A DNA stretch of 32,000 bases from Candidatus Saccharimonadota bacterium (GCF_025021925.1 NZ_CP092368.1:480001-512000); one strand, 5' to 3'. Positions 19,495 to 29,450 are shown, counted from the first letter of the stretch. The notes: generated from the letters alone by a model not told the origin. Numbers and translations are program-made.

Positions 19495-20025
19495 TTACTT
19501 GTTACTTGCACATATTATCCACTCTGGTACTTTGCGACTATGTTCCCATTTAGCAAATCTCATTTTCTCTTTCAAGTAATATTTTCTATATCCATCTACA
19601 GGATTAAGGCATTTATATTGCTCAGGAATTGCCTGAATAAATTCTTGCATATCAAGCATTTGAAATCTTATCATGCTCTTATGATTAACACACCAATCAA
19701 TCACCTTTTGTGATTTATGAATTTTTTTATATCTTAAAAAATATTCTTTATATAGAGCTATACCATGATGTAGCAACCACTCAAAGTTTTTTTGTGAATG
19801 TTGCGTCCATATAGAACATGGGTGATGTGCATGAGTCAATTTATATAGTGGTACAATTTGTATATCATATTCCATCATACTCACAAAAGGATTTGTACCT
19901 TTTAATGCTATGTGATAAACATTACTTAATAATTGAGCAGTCTCTAATGTCATTTTTACTATATGTTTATCACATAGCATTTCTGCTGCAAACACTGGAT
20001 GTGTATCTAATATAAAGATATTCAT
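19495..20025 (-). CDS. conserved hypothetical protein, His/Cys-rich, function unknown
   Basis: 176 aa, starting 11 nt after the htrA stop on the same strand. Distinctive blocks are MNIFILDTHPVFAAEMLCDKHIVKMTLETAQLLS, THAHHPCSIWTQHSQKNFEWL and DGYRKYYLKEKMRFAKWEHSRKVPEW. The pattern feels familiar from bacterial and phage hypothetical proteins, but I cannot name the family. Confidence 0.6.
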   Translation of the reverse strand: MNIFILDTHPVFAAEMLCDKHIVKMTLETAQLLSNVYHIALKGTNPFVSMMEYDIQIVPLYKLTHAHHPCSIWTQHSQKNFEWLLHHGIALYKEYFLRYKKIHKSQKVIDWCVNHKSMIRFQMLDMQEFIQAIPEQYKCLNPVDGYRKYYLKEKMRFAKWEHSRKVPEWIICASNK

Positions 20026-20036
20026 TGAATTTTTTA

Positions 20037-21563
20037 TTATTTCTTAAACTGTATTGAAGAAAAAAACTGATCACCATTACGATATATCAGTAACATAATG
20101 ACTTTTTTGTTATCTTTATTGATTAATGTATTAATGTTATTTTGAAAACTTTTAACATCATATATATCAATACCATCTACTTGTATAATGACATCGCCTT
20201 TTTTAATACTGCGTAAAGTAGTATTATTACTATCTACATGCGTTACGATTACTCCATGTAAGGGCGCAGAATCATTATTATCTGTATATTTTTTAGGTAG
20301 ATTTGTTACAGTTAACCCCATTAAATCCTGTGATGTTGATTTATTGTCTACCTGATTAGAGGTTTGTTCATCAAGAGGACATTCTCCAATATGTGTTTTA
20401 ACGATTATTACTTTACCTTTTCTTAATAGTACTATTTGTACCTTTTTTCCAGGTCTTACTCTTGAGACTATTTGAGGTAATTGTGTCATTCTATCAATTT
20501 TTTTACCATCAAATTCTAATAATATATCTCCTACTTTAATGCCACTTTTTTCTGCTGGACTATCTCGAACTATACTTGCAACTAATGCACCTTTTATATC
20601 TTGTACACCTAAAGATTCAGCAAATTCTTTTGTAATAGGTTGTACATGCACACCAAGCCAACCATGCTTGATAATTTGACCATATTTTAATTTATCAATT
20701 ATCGATATCGCTAAATTAGATGGTATCGCAAATCCTATTCCTACATTTCCTCCAGACTCAGATGGAGAATATATTGCAGTATTGATACCTATAATTTTAC
20801 CATTTAGATCAAATAATGGACCTCCCGAGTTACCTCTATTAATTGCAGCATCAGTTTGAATAAACTCATTCATAGCACCAATACTAATATCTCTGGATAT
20901 TGCAGAGATAATACCTGTACTGACTGAACTACCCAAACCAAATGGATTGCCTATTGCAATTACAGGATCACCCACTCTTGCTTTATCAGAATTTCCAAAT
21001 GTTACAAATGATAAATCTCTATCAGCTTGTATTTTGAGTACTGCGAGATCAGTTTTAACATCAAATCCTAAAACTTCTGCTTTAAAATATGAATTATCAT
21101 TTATAGTAACTGTGATATCTTGAGCATTTTGAATCACATGATAATTTGTGACTATGGTACCGCTTTTATCTATAATAAAGCCAGAACCTAGCATAATAAT
21201 TTCTTTACTAATATTAGAATTTCTATCAAAAAAAAATGGATCAAGATTTTCGAAGAATTCTCTAAAATCATCAAAAAAATTATTCCTTGGAATAAAGGGT
21301 ACTCTAGATTTAGAGCTACTGTCCTGCTTGATAATGTGCTCACATGAAATATTCACTACTCCAGGCATAAGCTCTTCTACTAGATCAGCAAATCCTTGAT
21401 TACAATAATTACAATTAGCAGATTTTCTGATATTCTCATCTTGTAATATTGCTTGTTCTTGTAACATAACTTGCACAATACTGCAATCTGATGTAGAAGA
21501 TATAAAATAAGATACAAATACTGATAAAAATATTAATATCTTACTGTACATAATTATTTCCAA
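20037..21563 (-). CDS. htrA: periplasmic serine endoprotease, DegP/HtrA (Do) family
   Basis: 508 aa. It has a signal-like N-terminus, a trypsin-type triad in the expected contexts (TNYHVI, TDLAVLKI, GNSGGPLF) and two C-terminal PDZ-like regions. The start is either M1 (10-nt overlap with hflC) or M5 at 21551. Confidence 0.93.
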   Translation of the reverse strand: MEIIMYSKILIFLSVFVSYFISSTSDCSIVQVMLQEQAILQDENIRKSANCNYCNQGFADLVEELMPGVVNISCEHIIKQDSSSKSRVPFIPRNNFFDDFREFFENLDPFFFDRNSNISKEIIMLGSGFIIDKSGTIVTNYHVIQNAQDITVTINDNSYFKAEVLGFDVKTDLAVLKIQADRDLSFVTFGNSDKARVGDPVIAIGNPFGLGSSVSTGIISAISRDISIGAMNEFIQTDAAINRGNSGGPLFDLNGKIIGINTAIYSPSESGGNVGIGFAIPSNLAISIIDKLKYGQIIKHGWLGVHVQPITKEFAESLGVQDIKGALVASIVRDSPAEKSGIKVGDILLEFDGKKIDRMTQLPQIVSRVRPGKKVQIVLLRKGKVIIVKTHIGECPLDEQTSNQVDNKSTSQDLMGLTVTNLPKKYTDNNDSAPLHGVIVTHVDSNNTTLRSIKKGDVIIQVDGIDIYDVKSFQNNINTLINKDNKKVIMLLIYRNGDQFFSSIQFKK

Positions 21564-22426
21564 CCCTTATTGAAAATATCTAAGAAACAATTATTGCGTG
21601 AAAGTAGTAATTTTGTGTTATTTTCAACAAATGACTTAGTATAAGCATTCATAGAACGATAAAAGTTAAAAAATTCTTGATCTAGTTTAAATGCTTCACT
21701 GCAAATAAAAGTTGCTTGTGCATAACCAAGGCCTCTGATTTCATGTGATTCTTTAACCGCATTAGAAATAATATCTCTCTTTAATTTATCTGCTTTAGAT
21801 CTAATTTCTTGTCCTGCTTGTTCTCCTTCTGCTCTAATTTCTTTTGCTTCTTTTTCTCGTTCGGTTTGCATTCGTAAAAATATTGCAGAACTATTTTCTT
21901 CTGGTAAATCAGCTCTTTTAATTCTTACGTCTATGATTTCTATTCCAAATTTTTCAGCTTCATAGTATACTCCACGTTGGATTAAGTGCATAACTTCTGA
22001 TCTTTTTTCATTTAATAAACTTATCAAAGAAAATCTACCTATATTTTCTCTAATATGAGCCTCAATGATTGGATATAATCTTCTTACTAATCCTGATTCA
22101 TGTCTTACAGATTGATAAAAAGTGACAGAGTTGACTATTCTGTATTTTACATATGCATCTACGATAATCCGTTTTTGATCTGCAGTAATGACCTCTCTGG
22201 GAGTTTTATCAGGACTTAAATCTAGAATTCTCTTATCAAGAAATTCTACAGTATTGATAAATGGAAATTTAAAATATAATCCACTCTTCTTAACATCTCT
22301 TACAACCTTACCTAGTTGAATCACTATTGCTTGTTGTGTTTCTTCTAGAATAAAGATTGAGTTATATAATATGATTGAGAGAATAAGTAGCATAGGAATG
22401 CAAAAAATTTTTATACCTATTTTCAT
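21554..22426 (-). CDS. hflC: FtsH protease modulator HflC
   Basis: 290 aa. It has an N-terminal TM segment, an SPFH/band-7 domain and a coiled-coil (MQTEREKEAKEIRAEGEQ). It is positioned directly after hflK. Confidence 0.9.
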   Translation of the reverse strand: MKIGIKIFCIPMLLILSIILYNSIFILEETQQAIVIQLGKVVRDVKKSGLYFKFPFINTVEFLDKRILDLSPDKTPREVITADQKRIIVDAYVKYRIVNSVTFYQSVRHESGLVRRLYPIIEAHIRENIGRFSLISLLNEKRSEVMHLIQRGVYYEAEKFGIEIIDVRIKRADLPEENSSAIFLRMQTEREKEAKEIRAEGEQAGQEIRSKADKLKRDIISNAVKESHEIRGLGYAQATFICSEAFKLDQEFFNFYRSMNAYTKSFVENNTKLLLSRNNCFLDIFNKGWK

Positions 22427-22430
22427 GTGA

Positions 22431-23480
22431 TTAATTCCCTAAATTGGTTATGGGTAAATAAGAAAAGAAGCCTTTTAGATCATCAGTAATTACCATTTTA
22501 TCTAACTTACTAAAAATACTTTCCATTGTTTCAAGATAAATTAGATTTTTCACTAAAGCAGGATTTTGTTTATATTGTTCATATAGAGATAGAAAATGAC
22601 TTGTGGTACCTTTTGCTTCATTAATAATTTCATTATAGTATGCTTCTGCATCTAATTTAACTTTTATTGCCTCACCTTTTGCTCTAGGAATGATATCATT
22701 GCTATAAGAATATGCTTCATTTATAGTACGTTCTTTATCTGCACGAGCACTTTGTACATCTCTAAAAGAACTAATGACTTTTTCTGGTGGATCTATTTTT
22801 TTCATTTGCACAGATAAGACCTCTATTCCCATTTGATATCCATCAAGAATTTGTTGTAATAATAGTCTAGTATCTCTAGAGATTTCAGCTCTTCCTTGAC
22901 CTTCTAATGCAAAAGAGATCATATTTTTCCCTATTATTTCTCTCATAGCACTTTCAGCAGCATTTTTCACACTAGCACCAGGTATATAGTCCCGGACTTT
23001 AAATAAATAATTATGAGAATCTTGTACTCTCCATTGGACTTCAAAATTTACATTTACTATATTTTCATCTCCTGTAAGCATTACTCCTTCTCCACGATCT
23101 GTATCCTTACCGTATAGATTACTCATGCCAATTTCTTCTCTATTGATCTCCTTAACATTTACTTTAAAAATCTTACCTATGGGATATGGAAAGTGATAGC
23201 GTAAACCTGATGCTTTAGTATCAAAGTATTTTCCAAAAGTTAATTCTATGCTCTCTTCGCTTGGATGAACAATATAAAAACCTGTACATACATAAATCAA
23301 AAACACAATAATAAAGATAATTGAATAAGATTTTTTACTATTGTTATCTTGATTATAGCGATAAAAAAAATCTTTTATTTGAGAGTAAGTTTTACTAATC
23401 AGATCATCCTCTTGATGTCTTGTATTACCTGAAGATTTATTACTGCCAAGATTCCAAGGATTATTGTTATCAAACATCAC
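22431..23480 (-). CDS. hflK: FtsH protease modulator HflK
   Basis: 349 aa. It has an N-terminal NNPW segment, a single TM segment and an SPFH/band-7 domain. A 4-nt gap separates it from hflC. Confidence 0.9.
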   Translation of the reverse strand: MMFDNNNPWNLGSNKSSGNTRHQEDDLISKTYSQIKDFFYRYNQDNNSKKSYSIIFIIVFLIYVCTGFYIVHPSEESIELTFGKYFDTKASGLRYHFPYPIGKIFKVNVKEINREEIGMSNLYGKDTDRGEGVMLTGDENIVNVNFEVQWRVQDSHNYLFKVRDYIPGASVKNAAESAMREIIGKNMISFALEGQGRAEISRDTRLLLQQILDGYQMGIEVLSVQMKKIDPPEKVISSFRDVQSARADKERTINEAYSYSNDIIPRAKGEAIKVKLDAEAYYNEIINEAKGTTSHFLSLYEQYKQNPALVKNLIYLETMESIFSKLDKMVITDDLKGFFSYLPITNLGN

Positions 23481-23932
23481 TATAATTTATAGTATAATAT
23501 TTATTAAATATACTACTCTTTAACTATATAAATGCAAGTACAAATTTTAAATTTTTTAATCATAAATGCTATTTCTTTATAAAGACTGTTCATATCAAAT
23601 GAAAATATTAAGTATTTGTAAAAAAATATATGTCACTGATTACATGACTGTATCATCATCAAATAATTAATAAGAGAAACTATATATTTGAATATACTAT
23701 ACATTACAAAAATAAATTGCTCACTTTAAATATCAAGATATCAGATATAGTAATTGTCAAATATTAAGAAAATATGTATTAATTTAGTGAGTATTAAGAT
23801 ATTCAGTAAATGTTCTATTAACGATATCATGATAACATACTTAAAACTTTAAAGAAACATGAGATTATTGAATGCAGAATTACTTACATGCAAAAATACT
23901 TGATGAATAATGTTACTATTGATTTTTTCTAT

Positions 23933-24004
23933 TGGGGTGTAGCCAAGTGGTAAGGCAGCGGTTTTTGATACCGCCATACGAAGGTTCGAATCCTTCCACC
24001 CCAG
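23933..24004 (+). tRNA. tRNA-Gln (UUG)
   Basis: A 72-nt cloverleaf: TGGGGTG-TA-GCCAAGTGGTAAGGC-A-GCGGT-TTTTGAT-ACCGC-CATAC-GAAGG-TTCGAAT-CCTTC-CACCCCA-G. The U1-A72 pair and D-loop are typical of tRNA-Gln. No CCA is encoded. Confidence 0.95.
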
Positions 24005-24433
24005 CCCCCCTATAATCAATAAATATACTCAATAATCAACGCAGAAATGATCATTTATTAATTTGTGAGGTGATTCTAGATCTCTTCTTAAATCTCAAGA
24101 GCATTCTCCAATATCTGTTATAAATACTCGTAATTTAGATCTGATTTTTGATTAAAAAGTTGTATCATGAATGCATATTCACAATGTTTTCAGATAAAGA
24201 TTATATAAAAGATGATCTTTAAACTTTAATTTTTTTAATAACATATTAGATATTAATTATCTATGTATAGATTTTAAGAGTTTATTGAATTATCAGAGAT
24301 ATTTATCGTAATACATATATTTAGTCTTAAAATATAATACATTAAGATTTGTCATTTTGATGTATTATGCAATATCGATATTTTAATAGATATTGTCTAT
24401 ACAAACTTATTATTTTAAAAAATCTTTCCTTTT

Positions 24434-27400
24434 ATGTTTATACACTTACGTGTTCATAGCGTTTACTCTCTTCTTGAGAGTTCAGTTAAAATTGAAAATC
24501 TTATAGATTCATGTGTACAGAATCAAATGCCAGCAGTGGGAATCACAGATTCAGGCAATCTATTTGGTGCATTAGAATTTGCAGAATATGCAGCTAGTCA
24601 AGGAGTACAGCTTATCATAGGATGCGATATGATAATAAAATATTTCACGCATACTTTTTCTATAGTACTAATTGCAAAAAATGAACAAGGATATACTAAT
24701 TTAGTACACTTAGTGAGTGCATCTTTCAAAAAACGTAGAAATAATAATGAGACTCCATATATCTATTTTAATGAATTATTAAATTTTAAAATTGGAATTA
24801 TCATCTTAACGGCTGGACATGACGGGATATTAGGCAGTGTACTACAACGTGAGCGAGATATGCTCAATACTATCATCTCAGAATTCAATGATAACATATA
24901 TGTTGAATTGCAGCGTCATGGCTTGATTAAAGAACTAGAATTAGAAGCATCTATCATAGATTTTGCATATGATCATAATATACCTTTAGTTGCAACAAAT
25001 AATGTATATTTTATTAGTAGATCTGATCATGAAGCACATGAAATCTTAACATCTATATCAAATAGTAGCTATGAAACTAAGAATAAGATCAAAAGACTCA
25101 CTACTGAACACTATTTCAAATCTGTAGTAGAAATGGAACAATTATTTAGTGATATACCTGAGGCACTTGATAATTCTCTAGTAATCGCTCAAAGGTGTTC
25201 TTATATGCCTAGAAGTAGGAAACCTATTCTTCCTAGATTTCCTTGTAGAGATAATAAAACTGAGAATGAAGAATTACAAGAGCAAGCAATTGTAGGATTA
25301 AAAGCACGAATTGCCACAGTACAAAATATTAATCTACAACAATATTATGATAGATTAAATTATGAATTAAGTATCGTCACTAAAATGCACTACTCTGGAT
25401 ATTTTTTAATAGTGTCGGATTTTATTAGATGGAGTAAATCACATGATATTCCAGTAGGACCAGGAAGAGGATCAGGAGCAGGCTCAATTATTGCTTGGGT
25501 ATTACAGATTACAGATCTTGATCCTATTAAATTTGGTTTAATCTTTGAAAGATTTTTAAATCCTGATCGTATATCAATGCCTGATTTTGATATTGATTTT
25601 TGTCAAGAAAAAAGAGATCTAGTGATTGATTATGTACAAAAAAAATATGGTTATGTAGCGCAAATAATTACTTTTGGAAAACTACAAGCTCGCGCAGTAC
25701 TACGTGATGTTGGTAGAGTATTACAAATACCTTATGCTCAAGTAGACAAAATTTCGAAGATGATACCATTTAATCCGATCACTCCTGTCACTTTATCACA
25801 AGCAATAGAGTTTGATAAGAATCTACAAAAAGTACGCGATAGCGATGAGACAATCGCAAAACTTCTTGCTATTGCACTTAAACTTGAGGGAATTTGTCGT
25901 CATATCTCCACTCATGCTGCTGGTATTGTAATATGCGATCAAAAATTAGAAAATTTTGTTCCTATATACTATGATCAAAATTCTACTTTACCAATTACGC
26001 AATATAGTATGAAATATGTTGAGAAAGCTGGTCTAATTAAATTTGATTTTCTGGGACTAGGTACTCTTACGCTTATAGCACATATATGTCAATTAATTAT
26101 GATAAATCATAAAAAAATTGATCTTTCTACAATTCATTTAAATGATCAAAAATCATATCAAATGCTCTCAAAAGGTGATTCAATAGGAGTGTTCCAGCTT
26201 GAAAGCTCAGGAATGAGAGAAGTACTATTAAAATTACAACCAGATTGTATTGAAGATATCATAGCTTTAATTTCTCTATATCGTCCAGGACCTATGGATC
26301 ATATTGCTACGTATATTGCAAGAAAACATGGATATGAAGCACCAGATTATATTCATCCATTACTTGAGAGTGTATTAAAAGAGACATTCGGAGTAATAAT
26401 TTATCAGGAACAAGTCATGGAAATTGCGAGAATTCTTTCTGGATATACTCTAGGACAAGCAGATTTATTAAGACGTGCTATGGGTAAAAAAATAAAAGAA
26501 GATATGAATCAACAACGTACATTATTTATTGAAGGAGCACAAAAAAATTCTGTTAGCTATAAAAGGGCAAATTATATTTTTGATCTTGTTGCAAAATTTG
26601 CTGGTTATGGATTTAATAAATCTCATGCTGCAGCATATGCAATTATTTCCTATCAAACTGCTTATTTAAAAGCTAATTATCCATTAGAATTCTTTACTGC
26701 ACTTATGAATCTCAATATTCATGATAGAGAAAAATTAAATCTCTTTTATTATAATGCTAAACTGAGTGGTGTAACTCTTTTATTGCCTGATATTAACAAG
26801 TCTCAGGAAGTATTTTCAATAGAAGGGCAATGTATTCGTTATGGTATTTCTGCATTACGAAATGTTGGTTCTACTATTGCAGCAGAAATAGTAAAAAATC
26901 GTACTACTGATTATCAGAATATATGGCATTTTCTTCAAAGTACAAGTCATATTATCAATAAAAAAGCATTGGATAGCCTAATTAAATCAGGAATATATGA
27001 TAGTATTCATAATAATAGAAAGCAGTTATATCAATCAATGGATGTATTAGTTCATTTTTTTAATAAAGCTAAAAGTGATACAGAATCAAAACAATCAACT
27101 TTGTTTAATAATTTTGATCTTCTTAAACCGCAATTGGAATGCATTGAAGATTTCAATGAAGAAGAAAAATTAGAATATGAATTATTTACATTAGGATTCT
27201 ATTTAACAAATCATCCGCTTACAAAATTTAAAGATATTTTAGATCAGTTGAATATCGGATTTATTGCGCAAAACAAGATATCTCAAATTGCAGGTGTAAT
27301 ATTAAATATACGCATTAAAACTTCAGAACGTGGAAGATTTGTTATTTTATTGTTATCTAACCCTAATAATGTTTATGAAATTACATTTTATAATAATGAT

Positions 27401-27772
27401 ATTATAGAAGAAAAAAGAGATTTATTTACAATAGGAACATGTGTAATCATTGTACTGGATGAATATTCTGAAAGCAGAACAAGGATTATAGGCCGTAATA
27501 TATATCAATTTCAAACAAGAATTACTCATTTGATAAAAGAATTAGTATTAATTACTAAAAATATAGATGTAAAATCAGCATCTAAATCACTAAATGTACT
27601 ACTCAAAGAGAAAGGGCAGACTAAAGTGATACTGAAACTCATGTTTAAAAAAAATAACATTAGTATATTATTAATAGATTCTTACTTGGTGACACCTCAA
27701 GTGATATATCAAATATCTAATTTAAATTGGATTCATAGTATAGAAATCAATACAAATTACTTGCTTATATAA
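24434..27772 (+). CDS. dnaE: DNA polymerase III subunit alpha
   Basis: 1112 aa. It has a PHP-domain start (FIHLRVHSVYSLLES), the motif GPGRGSGAGS, the catalytic PDFDIDF, HAAG and an OB-fold C-terminal region. Confidence 0.96.
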   Translation: MFIHLRVHSVYSLLESSVKIENLIDSCVQNQMPAVGITDSGNLFGALEFAEYAASQGVQLIIGCDMIIKYFTHTFSIVLIAKNEQGYTNLVHLVSASFKKRRNNNETPYIYFNELLNFKIGIIILTAGHDGILGSVLQRERDMLNTIISEFNDNIYVELQRHGLIKELELEASIIDFAYDHNIPLVATNNVYFISRSDHEAHEILTSISNSSYETKNKIKRLTTEHYFKSVVEMEQLFSDIPEALDNSLVIAQRCSYMPRSRKPILPRFPCRDNKTENEELQEQAIVGLKARIATVQNINLQQYYDRLNYELSIVTKMHYSGYFLIVSDFIRWSKSHDIPVGPGRGSGAGSIIAWVLQITDLDPIKFGLIFERFLNPDRISMPDFDIDFCQEKRDLVIDYVQKKYGYVAQIITFGKLQARAVLRDVGRVLQIPYAQVDKISKMIPFNPITPVTLSQAIEFDKNLQKVRDSDETIAKLLAIALKLEGICRHISTHAAGIVICDQKLENFVPIYYDQNSTLPITQYSMKYVEKAGLIKFDFLGLGTLTLIAHICQLIMINHKKIDLSTIHLNDQKSYQMLSKGDSIGVFQLESSGMREVLLKLQPDCIEDIIALISLYRPGPMDHIATYIARKHGYEAPDYIHPLLESVLKETFGVIIYQEQVMEIARILSGYTLGQADLLRRAMGKKIKEDMNQQRTLFIEGAQKNSVSYKRANYIFDLVAKFAGYGFNKSHAAAYAIISYQTAYLKANYPLEFFTALMNLNIHDREKLNLFYYNAKLSGVTLLLPDINKSQEVFSIEGQCIRYGISALRNVGSTIAAEIVKNRTTDYQNIWHFLQSTSHIINKKALDSLIKSGIYDSIHNNRKQLYQSMDVLVHFFNKAKSDTESKQSTLFNNFDLLKPQLECIEDFNEEEKLEYELFTLGFYLTNHPLTKFKDILDQLNIGFIAQNKISQIAGVILNIRIKTSERGRFVILLLSNPNNVYEITFYNNDIIEEKRDLFTIGTCVIIVLDEYSESRTRIIGRNIYQFQTRITHLIKELVLITKNIDVKSASKSLNVLLKEKGQTKVILKLMFKKNNISILLIDSYLVTPQVIYQISNLNWIHSIEINTNYLLI

Positions 27773-27820
27773 AAAATCTGTGTATCATTAAGGGTTTCGT
27801 TCAGCTCAAAGGAATATATA

Positions 27821-28612
27821 GTGAATCTTTATGAATTTACCTTTATATCGCATCAAGCTTTATTACAGCAAGAAGTAGAAGAGATGATACAGGATCTATC
27901 TTTAGTATTAAAAAATATTAAGACAGATACGATATTACAGATCATTCTTCGTATCGTAATGAATAGTACAAATACTTGCACAAAACAAGAATCAGAAAGA
28001 TATGCTCAAGATATCCAAGATTGTTTATCCTTATATTCTAATTTTTTAGAGCATTTCTCAAAAATCTTGTGGAATGACTTAGAAGATGATCTGACAAATT
28101 TAGAAACAGTCAAACTCAAGATAAATCAGGCAATAACAAATGATGCAAATAATAGTGCTCTCAAGAGTCTCATTACATGGATACATGCTATTAAAGAACC
28201 AAAAAATTGTCTTAATATTACTAAGGAGCAATTTATTAAGAATATATTAAATAATATGAAGGAAAATCTTCTAGAGAATATAATAAAGATTTTTCAAGAG
28301 ATTTTAGAGAATGATAATCACACATCATTGTCATCAAAAAACCCAATCTTTACATCTCTCTTAGAGAGTTTATTAATGTCAGGGGTTATTAAACACGAAT
28401 ATTGGGGGCTATTAGATTTTGCATATCCAATTCATAAAATGAGAAGTGGTCACTATTGCATGATGCATATTAGCGCTACTGCTAATATTATGGATGAGTT
28501 TATTAGGAAATTAAAATTAAATGAACATGTGATACGATACTTATCTCTACAAATAGATAAATTGTGTACAGGCTCATCTTGGATGATTGTAAAAAAACAA
28601 ATGGAGGAATAG
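27821..28612 (+). CDS. rpsF: 30S ribosomal protein bS6 with a large internal insertion
   Basis: GTG start preceded by aaaggaa. Residues 1-36 ([36 protein letters not shown]) match the S6 beta1-alpha1 start. Residues 188-263 ([56 protein letters not shown]...) match the rest of S6. About 150 unrelated residues lie between them. The position upstream of rpsR-rplI is canonical. Confidence 0.85.
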   Translation: MNLYEFTFISHQALLQQEVEEMIQDLSLVLKNIKTDTILQIILRIVMNSTNTCTKQESERYAQDIQDCLSLYSNFLEHFSKILWNDLEDDLTNLETVKLKINQAITNDANNSALKSLITWIHAIKEPKNCLNITKEQFIKNILNNMKENLLENIIKIFQEILENDNHTSLSSKNPIFTSLLESLLMSGVIKHEYWGLLDFAYPIHKMRSGHYCMMHISATANIMDEFIRKLKLNEHVIRYLSLQIDKLCTGSSWMIVKKQMEE

Positions 28613-28620
28613 ACTATTTC

Positions 28621-28896
28621 ATGAAAAGAAGAAAATACAATTCAAATCATTCTTATTTATCTATAAATAATAGAAATGGATTAAAACGTTCTAAGGAATG
28701 TCCTCTTGATCAATATCAAGATAGAGATATAGATTATAAGAATATTGAGTTATTATCTAGATTTATTTCTGACTATGGTAGAATATTACCTAGAAGGTTG
28801 ACAGGGATATATGCAAAGAAACAAAGAAAGTTACGTATAGCTATTATAAGAGCAAGATTTTTGGCTCTTCTTCCATATTGCACTAAAAAGATTTAG
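28621..28896 (+). CDS. rpsR: 30S ribosomal protein bS18
   Basis: The ATG at 28621 is preceded by ggagg (28603-28607). [50 protein letters not shown] is the S18 core. The ORF-track start at 28564 overlaps rpsF and is rejected. Confidence 0.93.
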   Translation: MKRRKYNSNHSYLSINNRNGLKRSKECPLDQYQDRDIDYKNIELLSRFISDYGRILPRRLTGIYAKKQRKLRIAIIRARFLALLPYCTKKI

Positions 28897-28906
28897 AGAA
28901 CATTTT

Positions 28907-29416
28907 ATGTTAATTATTTTAAAAGAAAATATAACTAAACTTGGTATAATTGGTCAAATTATCAAAGTGAAACCTGGATATGCAAGAAATTATCTCTTTC
29001 CAAAAAAAAAAGCTGTTAGGGCATCTCATGATAATATAACGAAATTAGAAAGACAAATTACCTTATTAGAAACAGAAAATATACAAAAAATAAATTTGGC
29101 AAAAGAATTGGCTAATTCTTTTATTAATCAATCTATAATATTAGTAAGGCATGCATCAGAAGATGGTAAGATTTTTGGTACTATTACAAAACGAGATATT
29201 GTGAAATCACTATCTCATATTTGTCAATTAGATTCACAAAATATTTTATTGAATAAAATCAAGATAAAATCTATAGGTCAATATACAGTGAATATAACAT
29301 TACATAGTGAAGTAATAGTACCAATGACTGTACATATAGTGAGATCAGAGAAAGAGAAAGAAAATATAATACAAAATGAATTATCTAATCAGTTAGATTC
29401 AAAAATAAAAAAATAA
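28907..29416 (+). CDS. rplI: 50S ribosomal protein bL9
   Basis: 169 aa. The canonical L9 N-domain is MLIILKENITKLGIIGQIIKVKPGYARNYLFPKKKA. Confidence 0.93.
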   Translation: MLIILKENITKLGIIGQIIKVKPGYARNYLFPKKKAVRASHDNITKLERQITLLETENIQKINLAKELANSFINQSIILVRHASEDGKIFGTITKRDIVKSLSHICQLDSQNILLNKIKIKSIGQYTVNITLHSEVIVPMTVHIVRSEKEKENIIQNELSNQLDSKIKK

Positions 29417-29450
29417 ATGATAGTATTAAAAATTTACAGCACATTTTATT

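Noticed and set aside
19515-19523. A DnaA-box-like sequence, ttatccact (8/9 match to TTATCCACA).
   Set aside because: It is a single imperfect box inside the coding 3' end of orf176. There is no cluster of boxes and no adjacent AT-rich unwinding element distinct from the background. It is not an origin.
27929-28381. The S6 insertion interpreted as an intein, an IS remnant or a fused neighbouring gene.
   Set aside because: No intein junction residues are present: there is no Cys/Ser/Thr followed by a terminal His-Asn plus nucleophile. There are no endonuclease or transposase motifs and no flanking repeats. The operon order rpsF-rpsR-rplI leaves no missing neighbour to fuse. I kept it as an unexplained insertion instead.
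28564-28620. The upstream start for rpsR, which overlaps the end of rpsF by 49 nt.
   Set aside because: The S18 homology starts later. The ATG at 28621 has a ggagg 13 nt upstream and lies just after the rpsF stop.
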